This document shows positions 40,104 to 52,247 of a stretch of 64,000 bases of DNA, piece by piece. The notes beneath the pieces were generated by a model that saw nothing but the letters and a program-made list of their open reading frames with translations, was not told where the DNA came from and did no database searches. The DNA lies in NCBI GenBank assembly GCA_963771175.1, contig CAVYSY010000040.1:384001-448000 (forward strand). Reading direction: 5' to 3'. The translations under genes and the position numbers were made by a program. Positions within the stretch are counted from its first letter, which is position 1; each line of letters starts with the position of its first letter. The stretch is from an uncultured delta proteobacterium. Lineage in GTDB: Bacteria; Myxococcota; Myxococcia; Myxococcales; Myxococcaceae.

Positions 40104-40156
40104 TTGACAACCCGGGTCCGGCTCTTATGTTGGCGCTCGCCCGGGCCGAGTGCTAA
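40104..40156 (+). promoter_or_regulatory. Sigma70 promoter with overlapping CIRCE (HrcA operator) upstream of groEL
   Basis: TTGACA 40104-40109, TATGTT 40126-40131; TTGGCGCTC-N9-GAGTGCTAA at 40130-40156 versus consensus TTAGCACTC-N9-GAGTGCTAA. Confidence 0.85.
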
Positions 40157-40192
40157 CCCGGCACTCCGGCCCCCGTAGTTCATTCCCAGTAA

Positions 40193-41850
<1,658 letters not shown>

Positions 41851-41874
41851 GAAGCCCTCGAGCTGAGTTGAGCT

Positions 41875-41924
41875 CGCGGCCCCGGGTGCCTCCCTCGCGG
41901 AGGTGCTCGGGGCCGTGGTGTTTT
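41875..41924 (+). terminator. Intrinsic terminator after groEL
   Basis: ~19-bp GC-rich stem (CGCGGCCCCGGGTGCCTCC / GGAGGTGCTCGGGGCCGTG, with G-U pairs) followed by GTGTTTT. Confidence 0.65.
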
Positions 41925-41949
41925 CACGGGAACTGGAGAGGGAAGACCC

Positions 41950-43530
41950 TCAGCCCAGCGCTTTCAGGGCGGGGGCGGGGGCGTATCCCAGGATGCGGGA
42001 CAGCTCGTGGCCGAGCTCGCGCGCCTCCAGATCCCTCGCCAGGCACCCGGACGCCCCGGCGCGCAGCGCCTCCAGCACCGTCTCCAGGGACAGGTACTCG
42101 GCGAGCACCACGAAGGGCGCCCCCTGGCCCAGCTTCCGGGCCAGCTCCAGCGCCTGCCGTCCGTAGGCGGTGCTGAAGTCCCAGCTCACCACCACGGCCG
42201 CCGGAGGTTCCGCGGCGGGCTCTCCAGGAGCGGCCGACAGCACCCGCGCCTCCAGCCCCAGCTGGGCGAGCGCCTCGGTGACCTGTCGCGCCGAGGTCGG
42301 GCTGTCATCGAGCACGTCCACGCGGCGGTTGTCCGGCCGTCGCGCGTGCCGGACGGGGACGGCTCCATCGAGGAACTCGCGCAGCTTCGCGCGCACCTCG
42401 CGGATGTCGTCGAAGGGCTTGAGCAGGTAGTCGAGCAGTCCCAGCTCCAGCGCCTGCTGCGTCGTGACCAGCGAGGGGTAGCCCGTCATCAGGATGACGC
42501 GCGAGCCGGAATCCAACCGACGCGCCTCCTGCGCCAGCTCCAGGCCCGTGCGGCCCGGCAGGTTCTTGTCGGTGACGATGAGGTCCACCGGCCCACGGCG
42601 CAGGTGCGCGAGCGCCTCCTCGACGTTGGCGGCCTCGAGCACCTCGCACTCCCGGCCCATCAGGTCCTTGAAGACGCTGCGGATGATCTCCTCGTCGTCC
42701 ACCACCAGCAGGCGGCGGCGCGAGGTGACCGGCGTGGGGGCAGGGGAGATGCTGGCGGGGGCGGGAGCCGGGACGGCGTCCGGAGCGGGAAAGAGGACGC
42801 GGAAGACGGTGGTGGGCGCCGGCTGGTCCGGCAGCACCGAGGACGGCACGAGCTCCAGCAGCGCGTGGTGCTCCAGCGCGATGCGCCGGCACACCGCGAG
42901 CCCCAGTCCGGTGCCGCGCTTGCTGCCCGTCACGTAGGGCTCGAAGAGGCGCTGGCGCACGGCCTCGGGCACTCCGGCGCCCCAGTCCGCCACGTACATC
43001 ACCGGTGACGCGCCCTCGCGCGCGCACCACCACCTTCACCCGGCCCGGCCCCGCCATCGCGTCGCGCGCGTTGTTGAGGAGGTTGAGGGTGAGCTGCTCC
43101 AGCAGCCGGCCGTTGCCCTGCACGTCCCAGCTCCTCGGGGGCGTCCACCTGCAGCGTGACGCGGGCCGAGTCCGGGTTGAGCGCGAAGGCGCGTGCCGCC
43201 GCCTGCACGTGCGCCACCAGCGACACGGGCTGCTGCGGGGCGGGGCGCTCGCTGGCCAGGCGGGTGAAGTCGGAGATGATCTGCTCCATCCGCTCCACCT
43301 GGACCAGCATCTGCCGCAGTGGGCCTCGCGAGCCGATCTCCTCGGAGAGGAGCTGGGCGTAGGCCTTGACGCCCGAGCAGCGGCTGGCGCAGCTCGTGGA
43401 GCACCTCGGCGGCCAGCTGCGTGGTGCCCGCCTGGGTCCGCTGCAGCTCCGCGGCGGCGGCCCTGGCCGCTGGGAGGTCACCTGCCTCCACGGCCTGCAG
43501 GAGGATCGCGAGAGGTGCCGGGATGTCCAT
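41950..43530 (-). CDS. sinK: Hybrid histidine kinase with two receiver domains (SinK-like; frameshifted)
   Basis: H-box LHELRQPL, NLLNNARDAM, GTGLGLAVC, receiver LLVVDDEE...DKNLPG...YLLKPF, second degenerate receiver. Position between groEL and encC matches my recollection of M. xanthus. Confidence 0.7.
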
Positions 43531-43670
43531 GGTTCATCAGCATGGCCGAGCCACCCGGCTGGCCGCAACGCAAGGCTCCGGATTCCGTTGACCGGTGGCC
43601 TCCGGGACGCGGATGCTTCCCGCTCCCACACGTTCCGCTCACACTGGCCGTACGCCCCCGGGAGCCCTCC

Positions 43671-44066
43671 ATGCCACAGACCAATCCGTTCCACTCGATG
43701 GTGCCCCGGAAGCTGACGGACTCGGAGCTGGCCCGCGCCATCCGGCTGGACATGGAGGCGGAGCTGGACGCCATCAACCTCTACGCCGCCCACATCGACG
43801 CCACGGACAACGCGGAGGCCAAGGCCATCCTCCAGCACGTCATGGACGAGGAGCGCGAGCACGCCGCGCTCTTCTGGGAGCTCATCGCCCGGCTGGATCC
43901 CGCCCAGGCCGAGCACATCAAGGTCATGTCGGAGAAGTTCCGGCTGATCATCTCCGGCGCCTCGCACGAGGCGGTGGAGGCGGTGGGCGAGGGCAAGGGC
44001 GAGCGCCGCGCGTCGGTCGAGCCCGGCCTGGACAAGCGCCTTACCGTGGGCTCGCTGCGGCGCTGA
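43671..44066 (+). CDS. encC: Ferritin-like encapsulin cargo protein
   Basis: MPQTNPFHS...EAELDAINLY...HVMDEEREH ferroxidase motifs and C-terminal targeting peptide LTVGSLRR. Confidence 0.88.
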   Translation: MPQTNPFHSMVPRKLTDSELARAIRLDMEAELDAINLYAAHIDATDNAEAKAILQHVMDEEREHAALFWELIARLDPAQAEHIKVMSEKFRLIISGASHEAVEAVGEGKGERRASVEPGLDKRLTVGSLRR

Positions 44067-45451
44067 GCCCGGACGCGCTTCCGGTGGGCTGGCTGTGCCG
44101 CGTCGAAGGCGTGGCCTCCAGGTCCTTCGCGGCCATGTAGACGACGTTCCGGGTGCCCTTCTTGCCCCGGTACATGGCCCGGTCGGCCAGGTCCAGCAGC
44201 GTGGCCTTGTCCCGCGCGTGCTCGGGGAAGCAGGCCACGCCGATGCAGGTGGAGAGAGCCAGGGCGTGCCCCTCGCGCGCCAGGAAGCGGTGGGTCTCCA
44301 CGGTGCGCCGGATGCGCTCGGCCACCTTCAGCGCGCCGCCCGAGTCGGTGTTGCGCAGCAGCACCACGTACTCGTCCCCGCCGTAGCGCACCGCCACGTC
44401 GCGGTCGCGCACGCAGCCCTTCAGCAGGTGGGCCATCTCCACCAGCAGCTTGCGAGCCCACCAGGTGCCCGTGGGTGTCGTTGACCGTCTTGAAGTAGTC
44501 CAGGTCCAGGAAGAGCAGGCTGAAGGCGCCGGGCGTCTGCTGCGTGCCCTTCAGCTCCCGATCCAGCACCAGGTGCAGGTAGCGCGTGTTGAAGAGGTGG
44601 GTGAGGTCGTCCAGGTAGGCCAGGTCCTCCACCTCGGCGATGCGGCCCATGTTGCGCAGGGCGAGCGCCAGGCAGCGCGCGAGGAAGCCCGTGGCCTCGG
44701 CGATGCCCTCGGGCGGCGAGCCGGGGTAGAGCAGGACGGTGTGTCCGAGCAGATCCTCCCCATCCACCGCGGGGACGACGAGGGCGCGCGGCCAGGGGCC
44801 CGGGACTCCCTCCAGCACCCGTGCCTCCCGGGACACGCCCAGGCGCGGCGCGAGGAAGGCGAGGTGGGGGGCTTCCCGTCCTTCACTGGACAGTCCCTGC
44901 GCGCTCAGCAGCCGCGAGCAGCCGGTGGCGTCGCGCTCGAACAGCACCACCGCGCTGGCCGAGCCCATCCCCTGGAAGGCGGCGCTGGCGGTGTTCGCGA
45001 GCCGCTCCCGGTCGAGCGTGGTGGAGATGCGCTGTCCGGTCTCCAGCAGCGAGACGTACTGGCGCAGCGCGGCGTTCTCCCGCAGCAGCTCGCGCGTGGC
45101 GAGCGCCCGGTGGATGGCGTGCTGGAGCACCTCCGGGGCCACCGGCTTGACGAGGTACTCGGCGGCCCCGCTCTTGATGGCGCGCACCGCCGGGTCCACC
45201 TTGTCCAGGCCGGTGATGACCACCACCTCGATGCCCGGGTGGTGCTCCCGGGTGTGACGGAGCACCTCCATCCCATCCCCGCCGGCGAGGATGAGGTCCG
45301 TCACCACCGCGTCGTAGGGGTGGCGGGCCAGCGCCTCCTTGACCTCCGCGATGCCGCTGACGGCGGTGACCTCGTGGCCCGCGTCCCGCAGGTAGTCCTC
45401 GTACAGGGTACGGGCGAGCTTTTCGTCGTCGACGAGCAGGATGCGCGCCAT
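44041..45451 (-). CDS. Response regulator-diguanylate cyclase (REC-GAF-like-GGDEF; frameshift near 44455)
   Basis: MARILLVDDEK receiver, DDLTHLFNTRY, LDLDYFKTVNDTHGHLVG, RYGGDEY active-site motif. Confidence 0.9.
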
Positions 45452-45498
45452 CGTCGAAGGGCTTAGCACCAAGGTCCAGGGGCTGCTAGCCTGCCCCC

Positions 45499-46313
45499 GT
45501 GTCTCCCTACGAAAGCGGACGCCGGCTCTGTCTCCTGATGGAAGCGGGGGAGACGCGCTTCTCCGTTGAGGCCACCTCCGTCATGGAGGTCGCCGCGCCG
45601 GGACCCGATGAGACCAGCCTGCGTGGCGTGCTGGAGGTGAAGGACCTGTCCGTGCTGCTCGGCGGCGAGCCGGAGCAGGGCCCGGGCATGGTGGTGGTGT
45701 TCGACGTGAGCCCCACGCTGGCGGTGCGCGTGCGGTCCATCGTCGAGGTGGTGGACGTGGCCCAGGCCCCGCACTTCCTGTTGCCCCCCGGGCTGGGGGA
45801 CACCCTGGCCGCGCTCAGCCACAGCGCGGTGCTGCACAAGGATCGGCTCTACCTGGAGCTCTCCGCCGAGGCGCTGCCCCATGAGCCGGGCGCCATGAGC
45901 CCTCCGCCCGAGCACCGCGTGGCCCTCACCGAGGCACCGCCCGAGCGCTCGCTCGTCTTCGAGTCACAGGGGCGATTGTTCGGCCTCCCGCTGTCTCCTG
46001 GTGTCCCAGGTGGTGGCGCGCGGGCCGTCCTTCAGCGCGCTGCCGGGGCAGGGGGGCGCGGTGGCCGGCGTTCTGCCCCATGCGCAGGCGCTCTGGCCCG
46101 TCTACTCCGCCCCGGCGCTGCTGGGGGCTCCCGCCCTGGCCGAGCCCCTCATCGTCCTCGCCGAGGCTGGCGGGACGGAGCCTGGGGCTGTGCGCCTCGC
46201 GGGTGCTGGGCGTCCATCCGCACTTCGAGCCCACCGAGGAGCCAGGGGAGTTCCGCGCCCCGGGATTGCCGGCTCCCGTGCTCTTCCTGGACCTGCAGCG
46301 CATGTTTTCTTGA
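45499..46313 (+). CDS. Tandem CheW-like domain protein (frameshifted)
   Basis: 'ETRFSVEATSVMEVA...LAVRVRSIVEVVDV' and a second unit 'GRLFGLPLS/VSQVV...LGLCASRVLGV...VLFLDLQRMFS'. Confidence 0.6.
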
Positions 46314-46437
46314 GCTTCCGCTTGTTTTCTTGAAGGCCCGGGTGGCGAACCGTAAGCTGCCCGGCTTGACAGTGGGACTTTCCGTCCCGATTTCTCACCG
46401 AATTCTGGGGGGTTGGAATCCCCCGAGGCCCGAACCG

Positions 46438-47765
46438 ATGCCCAAGAATCTGCTGGTCGCCGACGACTCGCTCACCATCCGCAAGGTGATCGGGATGATC
46501 TTCGCGACCGAGGACTTCCAGGTCACCGCGGTCGACAACGGGCTGGACGCCATCACCCGGTCGCGCGAGCTGCGTCCGGATGTGGTGCTCGCGGACGTGA
46601 TGATGCCGGGCAAGAACGGCTACGAGGTCTGCGAGGCGCTCAAGAGCGATCCCTCCACGCAGGGCATCCCCGTGCTGCTGCTGGCCGGCACCTTCGAGGC
46701 CTTCGACGAGGCCCGCGCCCGCGCCGCCAGGGCCGACGACCACATCACCAAGCCCTTCGAGAGCCAGGTGCTGCTCGACAAGGTGAAGGCGCTGGTGGGG
46801 CAGAAGTCCAACACCATGCCCGCCTCCGCCGCCACGCAGGTGACGCCGACGTGCCGCGGCCGCCCCTGCGCCCGCCGCAGCCGCGTCCTCCCGTGGCGTC
46901 CCGCCGCCCGGACCGCGTCCGCCGGGGCCCGGTATGCCGCCGGGGCCGGGCGCTCCGGGCATGGCGCGTCCGGGCGATGCCGCCGGGGCCGGGGATGCTC
47001 CGGGCATGGCGCGTCCCGGGCATGCCGGGGCCGGGAATGCCGCCGGGGCCGGGTGCTCCGGGCATGGCGCGTCCGGGCATGCCTCCGGGGCCGGGGATGC
47101 CTCCGGCGGGGTCCGCGTCCGGGCATGCCGGGGCCGGGTGTTCCGCCGCCGGGCATGGCTCCGTCCGGGCATGGCCCGCGCCGGGGGGCCTGCCTCCTCC
47201 GGGGCCGGGTGCTCCGCCGCCGGGCATGGCTCGTCCGGGAATGCCTGGACCGGGCGCTCCGCCGTCCGGGCATGGCCCGTCCGGGCATGCCGCGGGCCGG
47301 GCGTGCCGCCGCCGGGCATGGCCCGTCCGGGAATGCCCGGGCCGGGCGTGCCTCCGGGCGCCAGGCGGTCTGCCCGCGTCCGCCGGGTGCCGCGCCGCTG
47401 CCCGGGCCCCGCGCTGCGCCCGCGCGCTCGCGGCAAGGATCCGTTCGGCCTCGGCTCCGCCCGCGGCGCCGCCAGCCCGCCGTCGAGGCGCCGGCGCCGG
47501 CTCCGAGGCGAGCGGCCTGGAGGATCTCTCGCTCGACGAGCCCGAGGCGCCGATGCCGGCTCCGACGCCCACCCCGGCGCCCGCCGTTCACGCCCGTCCC
47601 GCTCCCGCCGCGGATGGCGGCGAGGCGCTGCTGCGCGAGGCGCTCTCGAAGGCCTCCCGCGAGGTCATCGAGAAGATCGCCTGGGAGGTCGTACCCCAGC
47701 TGGCCGAGACGATCATCCGCGAGGAGCTGGAGCGGCTGATCAAGGACCGAGAGACGCAGCACTGA
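46438..47765 (+). CDS. romR: Polarity response regulator RomR (frameshifts in the Pro-rich linker)
   Basis: MPKNLLVADDSLTIRKVIGMIFATEDF receiver, PGM repeat linker, C-terminal ADGGEALLREALSKASREVIEKIAWEVVPQLAETIIREELERLIKDRETQH; directly upstream of valS. Confidence 0.92.
46925..47360 (+). repeat. Imperfect coding tandem repeats (PGMARPGMPPGPG) in the romR linker
   Basis: Recurrent CCGGGCATGGC(G/C/T)CGTCCGGG units. Confidence 0.75.
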
Positions 47766-47862
47766 GCTCGAGTCGTCGTAGCCTGGCTTCTGGACACCGA
47801 CCGGCCCCCGTCGGGCCGGTTCTCGCACCACCGGCCCGCGCGGGCCGGTTCGTCATGTTTCA

Positions 47863-50800
47863 ATGACCGACACGACCGAACTGTCCCAAGGCCTACGACC
47901 CGAACGAGGTCGAGGCTCGCTGGTACGCCTACTGGATGGAGCGGAACTACTTCCGCGCCGAGGCCACCTCCGACAAGCCCGCCTTCTCCATCGTGCTGCC
48001 GCCGCCCAACGTGACGGGCAGCCTGCACCTGGGCCACGCGCTCACCGCCACCATCCAGGACATCCTCATCCGCTGGAAGCGCATGAGCGGCTTCAACGCC
48101 CTCTGGCTGCCGGGCACGGACCACGCCGGCATCGCCACGCAGATGGTGGTGGAGCGCGAGCTCAAGGAGACGGAGAAGAAGAGCCGCCACGACCTGGGCC
48201 GCGAGAAGTTCCTCGAGCGCGTCTGGGAGTGGAAGGACAAGTACGGCAAGCGCATCAGCGAGCAGCACAAGGTGCTGGGCGCCTCGCTGGACTGGAGCCG
48301 CGAGCGCTTCACCATGGACCCGAGCGTCCTCGGCCGCGGTGCGCGAGGTCTTCGTGCGCCTGTACGAGGAGGGCCTCATCTACCGGGCCCAGAAGCTCAT
48401 CAACTGGTGCCCCTCCTGCCACACCGCGCTCAGCGACCTGGAGGTGGAGCACGAGGAGAAGACAGGGCTCGCTCTGGCACATCCAGCTACCCGGTGAAGG
48501 GCAGCGACCGGAAGCTCACCGTGGCCACCACCCGCCCGGAGACGATGCTCGGCGACACCGCGGTGGCCGTCCACCCGGAGGACGAGCGCTACACGGGCCT
48601 GGTCGGCCAGTCGCGTGGTGCTGCCGCTCACCGGCCGCGAGATCCCCATCATCGCCGACGCCGAGCTGGTGGACCTGGAGTTCGGCACCGGCGTGGTGAA
48701 GGTGACCCCGGCCCACGACTTCAACGACTACCAGACGGGCCTGCGGCACAAGCTGCCGATGATCACCATCCTCGACGACGCCGCGCGCATCAACAAGGAG
48801 GGCGGGGCGTACGCGGGCCTGGAGCGCTTCGAGGCGCGCAAGCAGGTGCTCGAGGATCTCACGGCGCAGGGCCTGCTGGAGAAGGAGGAGCCGCACAAGC
48901 TCTCCGTCGGCACGCTGCCAGCGCTGCGGCACCGTGGTGGAGCCGCGCCTGTCCCCGCAGTGGTTCGTGAAGATCGAGCCGCTGGCCAAGCCCGCCATCG
49001 AGGCGGTGGAGCAGGGCCGCACGAAGTTCGTCCCGAGAGCGTGGACGAACACGTACTTCCACTGGATGCGCAACATCCACGACTGGACCATCAGCCGCCA
49101 GCTCTGGTGGGGCCACCAGATTCCCGCCTGGTACTGCCCGCCTGCAGCCCGCGGCAGGGGACGACACGGACCTGCCGCTGGAGCGCCCACATGCGCATCG
49201 GCGGATCGACTACTCGCGCGCCGAGCCCATCGTCGCGCGCGCGGCGCCCGAGAAGCTGCCCCAAGTGCGGGGCTCGCGCCTTCGAGCAGGACCCGGACGT
49301 GCTCGACACCTGGTTCTCCTCGGGCCTGTGGCCCTTCAGCACCCTGGGCTGGCCGCGAGCAGACGCCCGAGCTGAAGACCTTCTACCCGAACTCCGTCAT
49401 GGAGACGGGCCACGACATCATCTTCTTCTGGGTCGCCCGGATGATGATGATGGGCCTGCACTTCATGGGGGACGTGCCCTTCCGCACCGTGTACCTGCAC
49501 GCGATGGTGCGCGACGAGAAGGGCGAGAAGATGTCCAAGACGAAGGGGAACGTGATCGATCCCCTGGACGTCATCCGCGGCGCTCCGCGCCGAGCAGCTC
49601 GCCCCCAGCCTGCGCAACAAGTTCCCCCAGGGCATGCCGCCCCACGGCGCGGACGCGCTGCGCTTCACGCTGGCCTCGCTCACCCAGCAGGGCCGCGACA
49701 TCAAGCTCTCGCTGGACCGCGTCGCCGGCTACAAGGCCTTCGCCAACAAGCTGTGGAACGCCAGCCGCTTCGCCCTGATGAACATGGGCGACTTCCGCTC
49801 GGACGGCCGGCCCATCCGAAGGAGCGCGAGCTCACGCTCGCGGACCGGTGGATCCTCTCGCGCCTGCAGCGCGCCATCGCGTAGACCCGGCACGTCGCTG
49901 GAGGCCTACGCCGTTCGGCGAGGCCGCCACCACGCTCTACCAGTTCCTCTGGGCCGAGTTCTGCGACTGGTACATCGAGCTGGCCAAGGGCTCGCTCTAC
50001 GGCGAGGACGCGCAAGGCCAAGGACACCACCCGCGCGGTGCTCGTGTACTGCCTGGATCGCATCCTGCGGCTGCTGCACCCGTTCATGCCGTTCATCACC
50101 GAGGAGATCTGGCAGAAGCTGCCCATGTCCCGGCCGACCGAGTCCATCATGATCGCCCCGTTCCCCGAGCCGGACGCGCGCGCTCGAGGACGCCGCGGCC
50201 GAGGCGGAGATGGCGCCGGTCGTCGCGGCCATCGAGGGTCTGCGCAACATCCGCGGCGAGAGCAACCTGTCGCCCGCGGCCGACGCATCACCGCGTACGT
50301 GCAGAGCCCGGACGCGCGCACCCGCGAGCTGCTCGAGCGCTGGCGCCGCTACCTCATGCCGCTGGCCGGCCTCTCGCGAGCTGCACATCGGTCCGCCGGG
50401 GGCGCAAGCCGCGCCCAGGCCGCCGCCTTCGTGGGCCCGCAGCATGGAGGTCTTCGTGCCGCTGGCGGGTCTCATCGACTTGGACGCCGAGCGCGAGCGC
50501 CTGCGCAAGGAGATCGCCCGCATCGGAGCAGGAGCTGGCGTGGCATCCAGCGCAAGCTGGACAACCCCAACTTCGTCGCCAAGGCGCCGCCGGACGTGGT
50601 GGAGAAGGACCGCGCCCGCGTCGAGGAGCTGGAGGCGCGCGTCGCCAAGCTGCAGGACAACCTGACCCGGCTCGCTCCGGAGTCCGCCACGCCCGGCGGC
50701 CAAGAAGGAAGAGCCGGCGAGCGCTGACGAAGAGCCTGCGCCTGCCCGTACCCCCGAGGCCAAGGCCGGCAAGGTGGAGGTCGTCCAGGTGGAATCGGAC

Positions 50801-51372
50801 ACGACCGAGGGCGTGGTCGTCCGGGCCGAGTCGAGTGTCGTCGAGGTGGCGGTTGTCGACATCGACGAGGACGAGGACGTCCACGAGGTCGGCGTTGCCG
50901 AGGTCATTGAAACGGAGACGACGCCGGAGCCCCCCACGGCGGGCATCGCCCCGGGCGCGGTGAAGGCCAAGGCCGCTCCCAAGGCCAAGGCCACTCCCGC
51001 CAAGAAGGCCGCTCCGGCGAAGAAGGCCGGCTCCCGTGAAGAAGGCGGCGGCCAAGAAGGCCCCGGCGAAGAAGGCCGCTCCGGCGAAGAAGGCGGCGGC
51101 CAAGAAGGCTCCGGCGAAGAAGGCTCCGGCGAAGAAGGCCGCCGCGAAGAAGGCGGCGGCGAAGAAGGCCCCGGCGAAGAAGGCGCGGCCAAGAAGTCCG
51201 CGAAGAAGGCGGCGGCCAAGAAGGCCGCGCCGAGAAGGCCGGCGAAGAAGTCCGCGCCGAAGGCCAAGGTGCCTGCTCGGGCTCGGCCAAGACGAAGGTG
51301 AAGCCAGCGGCTCGCAAGGGCTCCGCCCGGAAGAAGTCGGCGGCCTCCCGTGTAGCCAAGGCCCGCCGCTGA
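47863..51372 (+). CDS. valS: Valine--tRNA ligase with a long acidic + Lys/Ala-rich C-terminal extension (many frameshifts)
   Basis: [13 protein letters not shown] (HIGH), [68 protein letters not shown]. End 51372 reconstructed. Confidence 0.92.
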
Positions 51373-51395
51373 CCTCACTCGGAGACGCGACTCGA

Positions 51396-52238
51396 ATGGA
51401 CGCCTTCCTGGATCGCCTCATCTCGCTCGCCCTCGAGGAAGACCTCGGGGCGGCGGGGGATATCACCACCGATGCCCTCGTCCCCGTGGACGCCCAGGGC
51501 ACCGCCGAGCTGATCGCCAAGGAGCGACTCGTCCTCGCCGGGCTGGACACCTTCGCTCGCGTCTTCCAGCGCGTGGACCCGGACGTCCACGTGGAGCTGC
51601 TCGCGCGCGATGGGCAGGAGGTCCAGTCCAAGGCGATGGTGGCTCGGGTGCGCGGGCGCATGCGCGCGCTCCTCACCGCCGAGCGCACCGCCCTCAACAT
51701 CGTCCAGCGCACCTCGGGCATGGCCACCATGGCTCAACAGGTCATGGCCGCGGTGCGCGGGACGAAGCTGCGCATCCTCGACACGCGCAAGACAGCCCCC
51801 GGCATGCGCTCGCTGTCCAAGCAGGCCGTGAAGGCCGGTGGCGCCTTCAACCACCGCTTCGGCCTCTTCGATGGCGTCCTCATCAAGGACAACCACATCG
51901 CGGCCGTGGGCGGCTCCGTCCGCGAGGCGCTCCGCCGCGCCCGCGCCAACGCCCCTCAGCTCGTGAAGATCGAGATCGAGGTCACCAACCTCGAGCAGCT
52001 CGCCGAGGCGCTCGAGGAGGGCGCGGACGTGGTGATGCTCGACAACATGGACGACGAGCAGATCCGCCGCGCGGTGGAGCTGACCGCCGGCCGCCTCCCG
52101 CTCGAGGTCTCCGGCGGCATCACCCTGGAGCGCCTGCCGCGCCTGGCGAAGCTCGGCGTGGACTTCGTGTCCATGGGCGCGCTCACCCACTCGGCGCGCG
52201 CCATGGACCTGTCCCTGGAGATCGTCCAGGGGCAGTAG
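51396..52238 (+). CDS. nadC: Nicotinate-nucleotide diphosphorylase (carboxylating)
   Basis: ALEEDLG..GDITT, LTAERTALN, LDTRKTAPG, HRFGLFDGVLIKDNH, VMLDNM, EVSGGI, SMGALTHS. Confidence 0.96.
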   Translation: MDAFLDRLISLALEEDLGAAGDITTDALVPVDAQGTAELIAKERLVLAGLDTFARVFQRVDPDVHVELLARDGQEVQSKAMVARVRGRMRALLTAERTALNIVQRTSGMATMAQQVMAAVRGTKLRILDTRKTAPGMRSLSKQAVKAGGAFNHRFGLFDGVLIKDNHIAAVGGSVREALRRARANAPQLVKIEIEVTNLEQLAEALEEGADVVMLDNMDDEQIRRAVELTAGRLPLEVSGGITLERLPRLAKLGVDFVSMGALTHSARAMDLSLEIVQGQ

Positions 52239-52247
52239 TCCGGCCGC

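Noticed and set aside
45499..47739. CheW-RomR fusion (746-aa ORF)
   Set aside because: Frameshift artefact; the CheW-like gene ends at 46313 and romR starts at 46438.
51036..51395. Lys/Ala-rich N-terminal extension on NadC
   Set aside because: The repeats belong to the upstream valS tail; nadC has a GGAG RBS and ATG at 51396.
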